64,000 nt of DNA, taken from Gammaproteobacteria bacterium. GTDB lineage: Bacteria > Pseudomonadota > Gammaproteobacteria > Eutrophobiales > Eutrophobiaceae. This document shows positions 10,281 through 20,082 of the stretch, piece by piece; positions within the stretch are counted from its first letter, which is position 1, and the number at the start of each line of letters is the position of its first letter. Position numbers and translations under genes: made by a program. Location: positions 32,001 to 96,000 of the forward strand of contig OZ250183.1 in assembly GCA_965238225.1 (NCBI GenBank), given 5' to 3'. Below the pieces are notes generated by a model. It saw nothing but the letters and a program-made list of their open reading frames with translations, was not told the DNA's origin and did not search any database.

Positions 10281-11051
10281 ATGTTCCGCATAGCAACATG
10301 GAATGTAAATTCTCTGCGTGTGCGATTACCGCACGTACTACAATGGCTTGAATCAGAACAACCTGATGTGCTCGCTTTACAAGAGACAAAGTTAACAGAT
10401 GAAAATTTTCCAATAGAAGATATTCTGCATGCTGGGTATCATGCTAGTTTCAGCGGTCAAAAAACTTATAATGGGGTTGCAACACTCAGTAAAATAGAAG
10501 CGGCTAATATCGTCACTGACTTTCCAGACTTCATCAGCCCGCAAAGACGCATTCTTTCTACTAACATAAATAATATCACTATACTTAACCTATATATTCC
10601 TAACGGATCCGAAGTCAACTCAGAGAAGTATCATTACAAGCTTAAGTGGTTAGATCATTTACACAAGTTTACTGAGTCACTTGTCAATAAGTATGAAAAC
10701 GTGATTTTATTGGGTGATTTTAATATTGCGCCAGATGATCGTGATGTGCACAATCCAGTCGCTTGGAATGGAAAAATATTAGTGAGCCAACCTGAAAGAG
10801 ATGCTTTTCAGTCGCTTTTGAAACAGAGCCTTGTTGATTGTTTCAGAATATTTGAGCAAGAAGAAAATGACTTTTCCTGGTGGGATTACCGTGCAGGCAG
10901 CTTTCAGCGTAACCATGGTTTGCGTATTGACCATATACTGGCGACTGATACGCTTTCTGATCTGTGCACAACGTGTCATATCGATAAAACGCCTAGAGGT
11001 CGTGAACGACCTTCCGATCACACGCCCGTGATTGCTGAATTTGATATCTAA
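10281..11051 (+). CDS. xth: Exodeoxyribonuclease III
   Basis: ATWNVNS, LQETK, GDFNIAP, WWDYR, RIDHIL, SDHTPV. Confidence 0.96.
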   Translation: MFRIATWNVNSLRVRLPHVLQWLESEQPDVLALQETKLTDENFPIEDILHAGYHASFSGQKTYNGVATLSKIEAANIVTDFPDFISPQRRILSTNINNITILNLYIPNGSEVNSEKYHYKLKWLDHLHKFTESLVNKYENVILLGDFNIAPDDRDVHNPVAWNGKILVSQPERDAFQSLLKQSLVDCFRIFEQEENDFSWWDYRAGSFQRNHGLRIDHILATDTLSDLCTTCHIDKTPRGRERPSDHTPVIAEFDI

Positions 11052-11215
11052 AAGAAGTGTAGCGTTAGACTCAAACAAAAATTTCTTGCCTGAACTCTTC
11101 ATTTTTACTAGACTCCTCCCCCTATACTTTGCGCGATCTTAAGTTTGTGTGGCAAACCTGAAAATAGAATGAATTTGATAAATTGATGAAAAAATCACTA
11201 TGAATATTAAGCGCT

Positions 11216-11416
11216 ATGAAAACTGAAATACATCCCGCATACGAAGAAATTGATGTCAAATGTAACTGTGGCAATACATTTAAAACTAAATCTACATTAA
11301 AAGATGCGCTGCATCTTGATGTCTGCTCAGAATGCCATCCATTCTATACTGGCAAACAAAAAATGCTTGATACATCTGGTCGCGTTGATAAATTCAACAA
11401 AAAATATGGGATGTGA
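11216..11416 (+). CDS. rpmE: 50S ribosomal protein L31 (Zn-binding type)
   Basis: [30 protein letters not shown]. Confidence 0.97.
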   Translation: MKTEIHPAYEEIDVKCNCGNTFKTKSTLKDALHLDVCSECHPFYTGKQKMLDTSGRVDKFNKKYGM

Positions 11417-11445
11417 ACAATAAATAATACTGTTTCTTTTCAATA

Positions 11446-11481
11446 CAATAAAAGACACCCAATACTGGCGTTTTTTTATTG
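11446..11481 (+). terminator. Possible intrinsic terminator after rpmE
   Basis: Imperfect hairpin CAATAAAAGACACC...GGCGTTTTTTTATTG with a T-run. Confidence 0.4.
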
Positions 11482-11672
11482 CTTCGCTTTTATCTATATT
11501 TCTTAATCGATCAAACTAAAAACATAGTCTTGCGGTCTTAGCTCATCCCATGAACTTGTATAAATTATTGCAAGTCATATTTGAAAAAATATTATCAAAT
11601 AAATCCTGCAAAAACTACCGATTCCAGCTAGGAAAAACTGAAGTTAGCTGATTTTCTTAAGCTAATTTATAA

Positions 11673-11927
11673 CTTTTCACAGATAAACTATTGCTGCGAT
11701 TAACAATCAAATATTATCCACAATTTCTGTGGGTAACTCTGTGGATGATACGAGTGTAGTGTGCTCAAAATGGCTTAAATATTACCTTTGTAACAAATCT
11801 GTTATTTTTTAACCGATTTAAATATTATTATTAATATCAATTAGTTACAATAAAATTGTAGCGCATAGCTATTTTTTATTGGCTGAATCAATAAGAAGAG
11901 CGCAATTGACGCAGGCGTTGTGCATAA
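11673..11927. promoter_or_regulatory. DnaA-box cluster with Fis and IHF sites (DARS-like; oriC or datA are alternatives)
   Basis: TTATCCACA 11714-22, TGTGGGTAA 11728-36, TGTGGATGA 11740-48, CTTTTCACA 11673-81, TGTGCATAA 11919-27; Fis-like 11800-14; IHF consensus TATCAATTAGTTA 11835-47. Confidence 0.75.
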
Positions 11928-12014
11928 ATTGTTTCTAAAACCTTTGAAATTCACCCTGTTGCTAGATAATCTTACTAGTCAAGCTTGATTCTTAAGCTTA
12001 TTAAAAATAATGAT

Positions 12015-12611
12015 TTATGCGTAACCAAACCACCTGTCAAGCACTGTCCTTGCCTCCTCTGCGCCTGTCTTTTTCAAGGCTGAAAATAGCTGAATCGACA
12101 CTAGATCATCAGCAATACGCTCTTTAAGCGTGTGTAATAAAGACATCCCTGCGCCACGAGATAATTTATCTGATTTATTCAGTAAAATGTGTGTAGGCAA
12201 ACGGCAATCAAGCGACCAGTCAAACATCTGCTGATCCTCAGGTTTAAATGGATGCCGAATATCCATGATCAAAATCAGACCTGATAATGCATTTCTTTCC
12301 TGAAAATACCTATTCAGTGTTATCCCCCAATGCTTGCGCATGGCGACAGAAACTCTTGCATAGCCATATCCTGGTAGATCAACTAGGCAGCGCTCATCAT
12401 CTAGAACAAAGACGTTCATCTGCTGGGTTCGTCCAGGTGTCTTGCTGATACGCGCCAGCTGCGAATTTTCTGTAATCACATTCAGTACGCTGGATTTGCC
12501 GGCATTAGACCTCCCGGCAATCGCAACCTCAGTACTTATACCCTCAGGTAATTGCCTGACTTCATGTGCCCCCACAAGGAATGTGCTTTTGTTATAGTTG
12601 TTTTTTGACAA
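12015..12611 (-). CDS. engB: Ribosome biogenesis GTPase EngB/YihA
   Basis: GRSNAGKSS, SKTPGRT, DLPGYGYA, NKSDKL. Confidence 0.96.
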   Translation of the reverse strand: MSKNNYNKSTFLVGAHEVRQLPEGISTEVAIAGRSNAGKSSVLNVITENSQLARISKTPGRTQQMNVFVLDDERCLVDLPGYGYARVSVAMRKHWGITLNRYFQERNALSGLILIMDIRHPFKPEDQQMFDWSLDCRLPTHILLNKSDKLSRGAGMSLLHTLKERIADDLVSIQLFSALKKTGAEEARTVLDRWFGYA

Positions 12612-12780
12612 ATTCGTGCCCCCAAAGACAATAATAGTACACGTACATGCTTATATTGAGTAAAATACACCCTTCAACAATTAAATCTATTTTTATAAAG
12701 ATAGGCACACGATAAATTAATGTGTAGTAGCGTCCAAGAAGAAAAATAACATTACATTCTCTTAAGGTTAGACAATCATC

Positions 12781-13389
12781 ATGAAACTCATTATGCAGCA
12801 GGCACTAGCATCAATATTTTTATTCATTGTCTCTTGCAATATTTATGCTGGTAACGTCGCCGCAGGTAAAGAAAAATCAAAAATATGTGCGGCTTGTCAT
12901 GGAGCCGATGGCAATAGCGTCAATCCCATTTGGCCTAAGCTGGCAGGCCAGCATCCAGGATATATCTTTAGACAACTTAAAGATTTTCGCTCTGGTGCAC
13001 GCAAAAATATTCAGATGAGCCCTCTTGCTGCCTCACTCAGTGAAGAAGATATGCAGGATATTGCCGCCTATTATTCTTCACAGAAAATAAAGATTGGATA
13101 CGCCAGTGCCGATACACTAGTCCTCGGTGAAAAAATTTATCGTGCAGGAGATGCCAGTAAAGGACTTCCAGCATGCATGGCTTGTCATGGCCCCAATGGT
13201 GCAGGTAATTTGCTAGCGTCCTTCCCAGCTGTTGGTGGCCAACATGCCGAATACACCAAAGTACAATTACTGAATTTTCGAGACAACAAACGTACTAACG
13301 ATATCAATAAGGCTATGCAAATTATCTCTGAAAGAATGACCACACATGAGATTGATGCCGTTGCCAATTATATTCAGGGTTTGCATTAA
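12781..13389 (+). CDS. Diheme cytochrome c4
   Basis: Signal peptide, CAACH and CMACH, PKLAGQH; divergent from engB as in other Gammaproteobacteria. Confidence 0.93.
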   Translation: MKLIMQQALASIFLFIVSCNIYAGNVAAGKEKSKICAACHGADGNSVNPIWPKLAGQHPGYIFRQLKDFRSGARKNIQMSPLAASLSEEDMQDIAAYYSSQKIKIGYASADTLVLGEKIYRAGDASKGLPACMACHGPNGAGNLLASFPAVGGQHAEYTKVQLLNFRDNKRTNDINKAMQIISERMTTHEIDAVANYIQGLH

Positions 13390-13423
13390 GTTTTTTATAT
13401 TTTACTTTTGCTAAACACATTAT

Positions 13424-13449
13424 CTAGACTTACTTTAAAGTAAGTCTAG
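13424..13449. repeat. Perfect 26-bp palindrome
   Basis: CTAGACTTACTTT|AAAGTAAGTCTAG, no spacer. Confidence 0.9.
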
Positions 13450-13655
13450 GCATTAATTGTCTGGTTAAATTACGCTGCTTAGTTATATATGTGTATGACC
13501 GAAGGCTGGAAAGATGTGCTTACGGCATGGTGGTCTGCTATCGGTTTGTTCGTTACGTTAAATTTGCTTTTTCGGTGTTAATATGTTTTTGTCTGGGTTA
13601 CATTCTACGGTGAACTGTAACTCATCTCTCATTGATTTAACGAATCTTTAATAAA

Positions 13656-14414
13656 ATGAATAAAAAATCATCTTGGATACGATTTGCCAGTATTTTCCTG
13701 CTTGTTGCTCTAAGCTTGCTCTCAGCTTGTTCTGATGCTGAAGAAAATACATCTAAAAACAAAATTGAGGCAGCTCCTGCTGTAAAAGATCAAACCGTAA
13801 TAACAAATAAAATTAAAGAAACGGAAGCTAAAGAAACAAAGCTAGTGCTGCAAGATGTTATAGGTCTCTATAAAGAACTTGACACTCCACAAGCTACAAA
13901 AATAGATAATAAAATAGAAATCATAGAGGTCTTCTGGTATGGCTGCTCGCACTGCTATAATTTTGAACCATACCTTGATAAATGGCTTGAAGAAAAGGCT
14001 GAATATATAGAATTTATACGTATACCAGGTATTCTGAACAAAAACTGGCTGCCTCACGCCAGAGCTTTTTATGTAGCAAAGAAATTAGACATCTTGGAGA
14101 AGATTCACAGACCTTTGTTTGATGCGATACATAAAGATAAAAGAGCAATCCTTGATGAGAAAAGCCTTAAAACATTTTTTTCCGAACATGGTGTCAGTGG
14201 TAATACGTTTCAACAAGCCTATCAATCAAAAGAAGTTGAAGAAAACATCAAAAAAGCCTTCAAGAAAGGGCGTGATTATGTGCTAACAGGTGTTCCAACC
14301 ATCATCATTAATGGCAAGTATACGACAAGTGCATCAATAGCAGGTAGCTTTGAGAAAATTATTGTTGTGATAAATACTCTGGCAGCAAAAGAATATAAGG
14401 AATTGTCTGATTAA
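13656..14414 (+). CDS. dsbA: Thiol:disulfide oxidoreductase DsbA, predicted lipoprotein
   Basis: EVFWYGCSHCY, cis-Pro GVPT, lipobox-like LSAC; follows cytochrome c4. Confidence 0.9.
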   Translation: MNKKSSWIRFASIFLLVALSLLSACSDAEENTSKNKIEAAPAVKDQTVITNKIKETEAKETKLVLQDVIGLYKELDTPQATKIDNKIEIIEVFWYGCSHCYNFEPYLDKWLEEKAEYIEFIRIPGILNKNWLPHARAFYVAKKLDILEKIHRPLFDAIHKDKRAILDEKSLKTFFSEHGVSGNTFQQAYQSKEVEENIKKAFKKGRDYVLTGVPTIIINGKYTTSASIAGSFEKIIVVINTLAAKEYKELSD

Positions 14415-14585
14415 ATTTTCAATATATAAATCAATATTGATATAAGCTTAAGGGTTCTTTTCATAAGATGAAAAATATCGCCATATTCAGGCGGAATATT
14501 TAAGCGCGGTTTTCAATAAAGATATCGTCAAAAAGCCGTTTGCCGAGGACTTCCTGTTTTATTTATTTTTCTTTACGATAAATCA

Positions 14586-15245
14586 TTATAAAAGTATCTT
14601 CTGCAACCATTTTGAAATATCCGCCACCTCTTCGGCACATACACTGTGCTGCATGGGATATGTTTTATAGTCAACACTATATCCCTTTTCTTTTAAAGCT
14701 TTGCAGGAATTTTTTCCTAAAAATTCTGGAACAACTGGATCCATAGTGCCATGATAAATCTGAATAGGTAATGTCTTGTTTTCCTGACTGGGTATAATTG
14801 ATTCACTGGTCGCGAAATATGTCGACATTGCCAATAGACCTGCAAGCGGCTTAGGGTAAGTTAAAGACGTTTGATACCCCACAGCACCACCCTGTGAAAA
14901 ACCAGTAATCACAATACGTGAGCTATCTATGCCGCGCTCTATCTCTCTATCTATCAAGACTCCTATATTTTCAGAAGCGATTAGCAATCGTTCTTCATCA
15001 ATTTTTTTCTCAATACTCATATCTAGGATGTCATACCACGCTGGCATTACCATGCCATTATTAATAGTGACAGGTATCGATGGCGCATGAGGAAAGACAA
15101 AACGAATGGTTGCATCATCTGGCAATCCTAGCTCTGAAATAATAGGCTCAAAATCATGCCCGTTTGCGCCCAAACCATGCAGCCAGATAACGCTGGCATC
15201 GGCAGGCGATTTAGACTCTACTTCAACACAAGGTAAATAATCCAT
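14586..15245 (-). CDS. Carboxylesterase/phospholipase (alpha/beta hydrolase, EstB-like)
   Basis: WLHGLGA, MPAWYDI, GFSQGG nucleophile motif, HGTMDPVV, MQHSV. Confidence 0.92.
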   Translation of the reverse strand: MDYLPCVEVESKSPADASVIWLHGLGANGHDFEPIISELGLPDDATIRFVFPHAPSIPVTINNGMVMPAWYDILDMSIEKKIDEERLLIASENIGVLIDREIERGIDSSRIVITGFSQGGAVGYQTSLTYPKPLAGLLAMSTYFATSESIIPSQENKTLPIQIYHGTMDPVVPEFLGKNSCKALKEKGYSVDYKTYPMQHSVCAEEVADISKWLQKILL

Positions 15246-15350
15246 AAAAAATAATATTCTCCTTAAGATTAATGAGGTAGCATGAACTCTTTATATTCTG
15301 CCTGTCTTAGAAAAACAACTATTAATGATATATAGTAGAATGATAATCTA

Positions 15351-15965
15351 ATGCAATATATTTTACCTGCTTCTATCTTGAGTTTGCTTGCAATGGCTTT
15401 GATCACATCGGTTTCCAAAGCAGATGTTACTACTACTGAGAATACAGCTGTTGCCACATTTGCCGGTGGTTGCTTTTGGTGTATGGAGCCTCCTTTCGAC
15501 AAGCTAAAAGGCGTTATTTCCACTACCTCTGGTTATACGGGCGGACATACAAAAAACCCGACCTACAAGCAAACGTCAACAGGCAAGACTGGTCACACAG
15601 AGGCCGTCCAAATCGTCTATGACCCAAAGCAAGTAAATTACGAGAAATTACTCGATGTCTTTTGGAGTAATATTGATCCAACCACACCAGATCGACAATT
15701 TTGTGATCGAGGCAATCAATATCGATCTGAGATTTTTTATAATGACGATAATCAAAAACAACTGGCAATGTCATCAAAAGCTGCACTACAAAAAAATAAG
15801 CCTTTCAAGGAACCTATCGTCACTCCGATAAGCGAAGCATCAACATTTTATGCTGCGGAGGATTACCATCAGGATTACTACAAGAAAAATCCGATTCGCT
15901 ACAGATATTACAGATACGGTTGTGGCAGAGACAAACGACTGGAACAGCTATGGGGTGAAAATTGA
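15351..15965 (+). CDS. msrA: Peptide methionine sulfoxide reductase A with signal peptide
   Basis: FAGGCFWCME, GHTEAV, AEDYHQDYY; hydrophobic N-terminus. Confidence 0.95.
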   Translation: MQYILPASILSLLAMALITSVSKADVTTTENTAVATFAGGCFWCMEPPFDKLKGVISTTSGYTGGHTKNPTYKQTSTGKTGHTEAVQIVYDPKQVNYEKLLDVFWSNIDPTTPDRQFCDRGNQYRSEIFYNDDNQKQLAMSSKAALQKNKPFKEPIVTPISEASTFYAAEDYHQDYYKKNPIRYRYYRYGCGRDKRLEQLWGEN

Positions 15966-15975
15966 CATCAGGATT

Positions 15976-16983
15976 TTAGAATAATAAATATTCAAAAAAT
16001 GTATCACTCCAGTCTGCGCGTCTATCTAGTACAAAACGCGTCAATTCTTTTAAAAGAATACCTGAATTGATGTGCAGCTCATTATACTCAGGGATGTTAA
16101 TCTCTCTTAATTCGTCCAGTGACACAGGATTAGCTTCGACCAAAGCCTTGCGGACTGCGGGCGAGTTAATTTTTTCCATGAAAACTTCATAAGCATCTAT
16201 TAATAAATTAAATCCATTATCATTATTTAACATATATACCTTTTCAATCCTTTGCATAGGCGTCAGTGTAAGATGTTCGCGCAACCAAGAAATTTTATCT
16301 TGCTTCTCTTTACTGCATTCTCCTAATAGGAAAATCAGTGCGGCAAACATAGGAATTCGGCTGTTGCGTAATTTTGCATTACGCATATGCCAGCTATCAG
16401 TTGGGTCATTTGTTAAATCAAATTGATGCCACGCACAATAGGATCTGAAATAGCGAATCAAGTCGTTGAGCAGATAAACCCATTCCTTTTCCTGATCATG
16501 TATCAAAAAACCTGCTGCGTAGCGTTCCAATAAACCTTGAATCAAATCCTGAAAATTTTCTGCGCCATAAACTGGTTTTGCATCAAGCAATATCTGCATA
16601 CGCTTGCCAAATATATTTTTATCATCGGCAATCATTCCTAAAGTACCATGATCGCAAATTTGACTATGGCTCACAGGAGCCACATAAATACCGCTTGATT
16701 TTGGCAAAGGTATTCCAAGTGGCGAAAGTGCAGTCCACACTGCCTGCATGGCTTTTTGGCAACGTGCAGGATCACACGCCGCTTCATCATCGATCAGTAC
16801 AATTAAATCACAATCAGAATGCGCCATCCCTTCAAGACGACCCAGAGAACCAGAAACAGCGACAACTGACACATCTGGCGCAAAGTTTGCCAGTGGTAGC
16901 AGGCAAGCATTCATTTTCTGCAGAATGTTATTAGACCAGTTATGTGCGTATGCCAGTGTTGGATGTCTTTTGGGGGAAATCAT
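15976..16983 (-). CDS. Pol-beta superfamily nucleotidyltransferase-domain protein
   Basis: VSGSLGRLEG..SDCDLIVL (hGS-x-DxD) followed by a helical C-terminal domain (YLLNDLIRYFRS, RNAKLRNSR). Confidence 0.75.
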   Translation of the reverse strand: MISPKRHPTLAYAHNWSNNILQKMNACLLPLANFAPDVSVVAVSGSLGRLEGMAHSDCDLIVLIDDEAACDPARCQKAMQAVWTALSPLGIPLPKSSGIYVAPVSHSQICDHGTLGMIADDKNIFGKRMQILLDAKPVYGAENFQDLIQGLLERYAAGFLIHDQEKEWVYLLNDLIRYFRSYCAWHQFDLTNDPTDSWHMRNAKLRNSRIPMFAALIFLLGECSKEKQDKISWLREHLTLTPMQRIEKVYMLNNDNGFNLLIDAYEVFMEKINSPAVRKALVEANPVSLDELREINIPEYNELHINSGILLKELTRFVLDRRADWSDTFFEYLLF

Positions 16984-17207
16984 GGCTTATAAATCAATAA
17001 TTTTCCATGTCTTTACTTATGTGCCAACTTAATATGTGCCTATTCAAGGGTATATCCAAGTTTAGCGGGATATTTAGCTGGCGCAATGCGCATAGAAAGA
17101 TCAGAATAACATCGTGTTTATGCTGCTGCGGTACAATAATGAAAGTCTAACTGCAGGGGCTTAATAGATACTTTTTTAATCTTCTGTTCCTTTTGTTTTT
17201 ATGATGC

Positions 17208-18620
17208 CTAGGATCGGCGCTTTTGCGTCCATTGCACTGCCATATTTGTTGCTCTGTTTATTTGAGAGATAGTCATGTTCTTAGCAAGATAATCTCTATT
17301 TTCTGCTCCGACCGCAAGACCATTTCCCGCTGCAATATTGAAGAATGTGTGTGCCAATACAACATCCTGAGCAATTCCTGCGCCATTGGCATACATCACC
17401 CCTAAGTTGTATTGTGCTTGAGCAAGCCCTTGTTGTGCTGCTTGTTTGTACCAGTACGCCGCCTTCCCAGCATTCTGGACAACGCCGTCTCCATGTTCAT
17501 GTATCACCCCTAAATTATATTGTGCCTTAGCATAGTCTTGTTGTGCTGCTTTTTTATACCACAGAATTGCCTGCCTGTTATTCTCGGGCACGCCTTTTCC
17601 ATGGTCATATATAAAACCTAGATTATATTGTGCCTTAGCATAGTCTTGTTGTGCTGCTTTTTTAAACCAGTGAATTGCCTGCTTGGCATCTTGAGGCACG
17701 TCTTGTCCTTTGACATACATCAATCCTAGATTGAATTGTGCTTCAGCATCTCCTTGTTGTGCTGCTTTTTTATACCACACAAATGCTTGACTGGTATCTT
17801 GAGACATACCTTTTTCTTTAGCATGCAGCAAGCCTAGATTATATTGCGCCTTGGCATCTCCTTGTTGTGCTGCTTTTTCATACCAATACACTGCTTTTTT
17901 AGTATCTTTAGGAATACCTTGTCCTCCCTGGTACATCACCCCTAGATTGTATTGTGCTTGAGCAAGCCCTTGTTGTGCTGCTTTTTTAAACCAATACGCT
18001 GCCTGCTTTTTATCTTGGGGCACGCCTTGTCCTTTGGCATATATAAATCCTAGATCGAATTGTGCAACGGCAAATCCTTGTTTGGCGGCTTCTTTAAACC
18101 ACTTAACTGCCTGACTAACATCTTGGGGCACGCCTTGTCCTTTGGCATACATCAGCCCTAAACTGTATTGTGCTTTAACATCTCCTTGTTTGGCGGCTTT
18201 TTTAAACCACTTAACTGCCTGACTAACATCTTGGGGCACGCCTTGTCCTTTGGCATACATCAGCCCTAGATTGTGTTGTGCACCAACAAGCTCTTGTTGC
18301 GCTGCTTTTTTCCACCACACAAATGCCTTTTTGTCATCTTGGGGCACGCCTTGTCCTTTGACATACATAAAACCTAAATTGTATTGTGCCTGAGCGAGCC
18401 CTTGTTGTGCTGCTTTTTCGTACCAATACGCTGCCTTTTTGTCATCCTTAGGAATACCTTTTCCATAGTGATACATCACCCCTAGATTGTGTTGTGCATA
18501 AAAATCGCCTTGTTTTGCTTGTGCTGTACATTCACGAAAGTCTATGCATTCCCCGGCATTTGCCAAGGGGGCAAGTGCCAGCAATAAAATGATATTAATA
18601 ATGTAGATAAGTTTTTTCAT
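17208..18620 (-). CDS. Exported Sel1-like repeat protein (11 x 36 aa)
   Basis: Signal peptide, Cys-pair cap, repeats of AQYNLG.MY..G.GV.QD..KA..WY.KAAQQG. Confidence 0.95.
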   Translation of the reverse strand: MKKLIYIINIILLLALAPLANAGECIDFRECTAQAKQGDFYAQHNLGVMYHYGKGIPKDDKKAAYWYEKAAQQGLAQAQYNLGFMYVKGQGVPQDDKKAFVWWKKAAQQELVGAQHNLGLMYAKGQGVPQDVSQAVKWFKKAAKQGDVKAQYSLGLMYAKGQGVPQDVSQAVKWFKEAAKQGFAVAQFDLGFIYAKGQGVPQDKKQAAYWFKKAAQQGLAQAQYNLGVMYQGGQGIPKDTKKAVYWYEKAAQQGDAKAQYNLGLLHAKEKGMSQDTSQAFVWYKKAAQQGDAEAQFNLGLMYVKGQDVPQDAKQAIHWFKKAAQQDYAKAQYNLGFIYDHGKGVPENNRQAILWYKKAAQQDYAKAQYNLGVIHEHGDGVVQNAGKAAYWYKQAAQQGLAQAQYNLGVMYANGAGIAQDVVLAHTFFNIAAGNGLAVGAENRDYLAKNMTISQINRATNMAVQWTQKRRS

Positions 18621-18783
18621 TATGTTGTGTTTTATTCTATATCCTTTTGTGTCTTCTTAATTTACAGTAATACTTTTGGTACTATTATCTTACAGCAGGT
18701 AATAAATATAAAAAATTATGCTTATTGCTTATTTTTTGATCTCATTGCTTTGTTTGATCTTCCTTGTTTTTTCCTTCTGACCA

Positions 18784-20082
18784 TCAGTGCTTAGAGAGCC
18801 ATTGCCTTTCTAAATCTTCTGCCTGTTCTATCTGAGAGGCAGTCATGTGCTTTATAATAAGGGCTTTATGCTCTCTTCCGGCTGCAAGACCATTTGTCCC
18901 TGCAATATTGAAAAACATATGTGCCATTACAAAGTCTTGAGGCACACCTTTGCCATTTTTGTACATCACTCCTAAATTGTATTGTGCCCTAGAAAATCCT
19001 TGTTGTGCTGCTTTCTTAAACCAGTAAATTGCCTGCTTGGCATCTTGAGGCACGTCTTGTCCTTTCTGATACATCACCCCTAGATTGGATTGTGCTTCAG
19101 AAAACCCTTGTTGTGCTGCTCTTTTAAACCACTTAACTGCCTGCCTAGCATCTTTAGACACGCCTTGTCCTTTCTGATACATCACCCCTAAAATGAATTG
19201 GGCATCGGCATGCCCTTGTTGTGCTGCTTGTTTGTACCAGTGAATTGCCTGCTTGGCATCTTGAGGCACGCCTTGCCCATAGTGATGCATGAACCCTAGA
19301 TTGTATTGTGCTTTAACAAGCCCTTGTTGTGCTGCTTTTTCATACCAATACACCGCTTTTTTGGCATTCTGAACAACACCATCTCCTTTGTCATACATCA
19401 CCCCTAAAATGATTTGGGCATCGACATGCCCTTGCTGTGCTGCTTTTTTATACCAATGCGCTGCCTTTTTGTCGTCTTTAGGAATACCTTTTCCATAGTG
19501 ATACATAAGCCCTAGATTGTATTGTGCTTTAGCATGCCCTTGTTGTGCTGCTTTTTTATACCAATGCGCTGCCTTCTTGGCATTCTGGACAACACCATCT
19601 CCTTTGTCATACATCACCCCTAAGCTGTGTTGTGCATTAGCATAGTCTTGTTGTGCTGCTTTTTTATACCATAGAACTGCCTGCCTGTTATTCTCGGGCA
19701 CACCTTTTCCATGGTGATACATAAACCCTAAATTGTATTGTGCTTTAGCATGCCCTTGTTGTGCTGCTTTTTCATACCAATGCGCTGCCCTTTTATTATT
19801 TCGAGGTATGCTGTGTCCTTTGACATACATAAACCCTAAATTGTATTGTGCTTTAGCATGCCCTTGTTGTGCTGCTTTTTCATACCAATGCGCTGCCTTT
19901 TTGTCGTCTTTAGGAATACCTTTTCCATAGTGATACATAAGCCCTAGATTGTGTTGTGCATAAGCATCACCTTGCTCTGATTTTGTCTTACATTCATAAA
20001 AGTCTGCACACTCGCTGGCATTTGCCAAGGGCATAAATGCTGACAATAAAATGATACTAATGATGTAGGTGAGTTTTTTCAT
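18784..20082 (-). CDS. Exported Sel1-like repeat protein (10 x 36 aa), tandem paralog
   Basis: Same architecture; N-terminus and about 40 bp of upstream DNA are similar to the neighbouring gene. Confidence 0.95.
   Translation of the reverse strand: MKKLTYIISIILLSAFMPLANASECADFYECKTKSEQGDAYAQHNLGLMYHYGKGIPKDDKKAAHWYEKAAQQGHAKAQYNLGFMYVKGHSIPRNNKRAAHWYEKAAQQGHAKAQYNLGFMYHHGKGVPENNRQAVLWYKKAAQQDYANAQHSLGVMYDKGDGVVQNAKKAAHWYKKAAQQGHAKAQYNLGLMYHYGKGIPKDDKKAAHWYKKAAQQGHVDAQIILGVMYDKGDGVVQNAKKAVYWYEKAAQQGLVKAQYNLGFMHHYGQGVPQDAKQAIHWYKQAAQQGHADAQFILGVMYQKGQGVSKDARQAVKWFKRAAQQGFSEAQSNLGVMYQKGQDVPQDAKQAIYWFKKAAQQGFSRAQYNLGVMYKNGKGVPQDFVMAHMFFNIAGTNGLAAGREHKALIIKHMTASQIEQAEDLERQWLSKH

Noticed and set aside
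17208-20082. 108-bp periodic repeats as a CRISPR array or DGR template/variable repeats
   Set aside because: The repeats are in-frame Sel1 coding units with no unique spacers, no cas or reverse transcriptase gene, and no adenine-specific differences.
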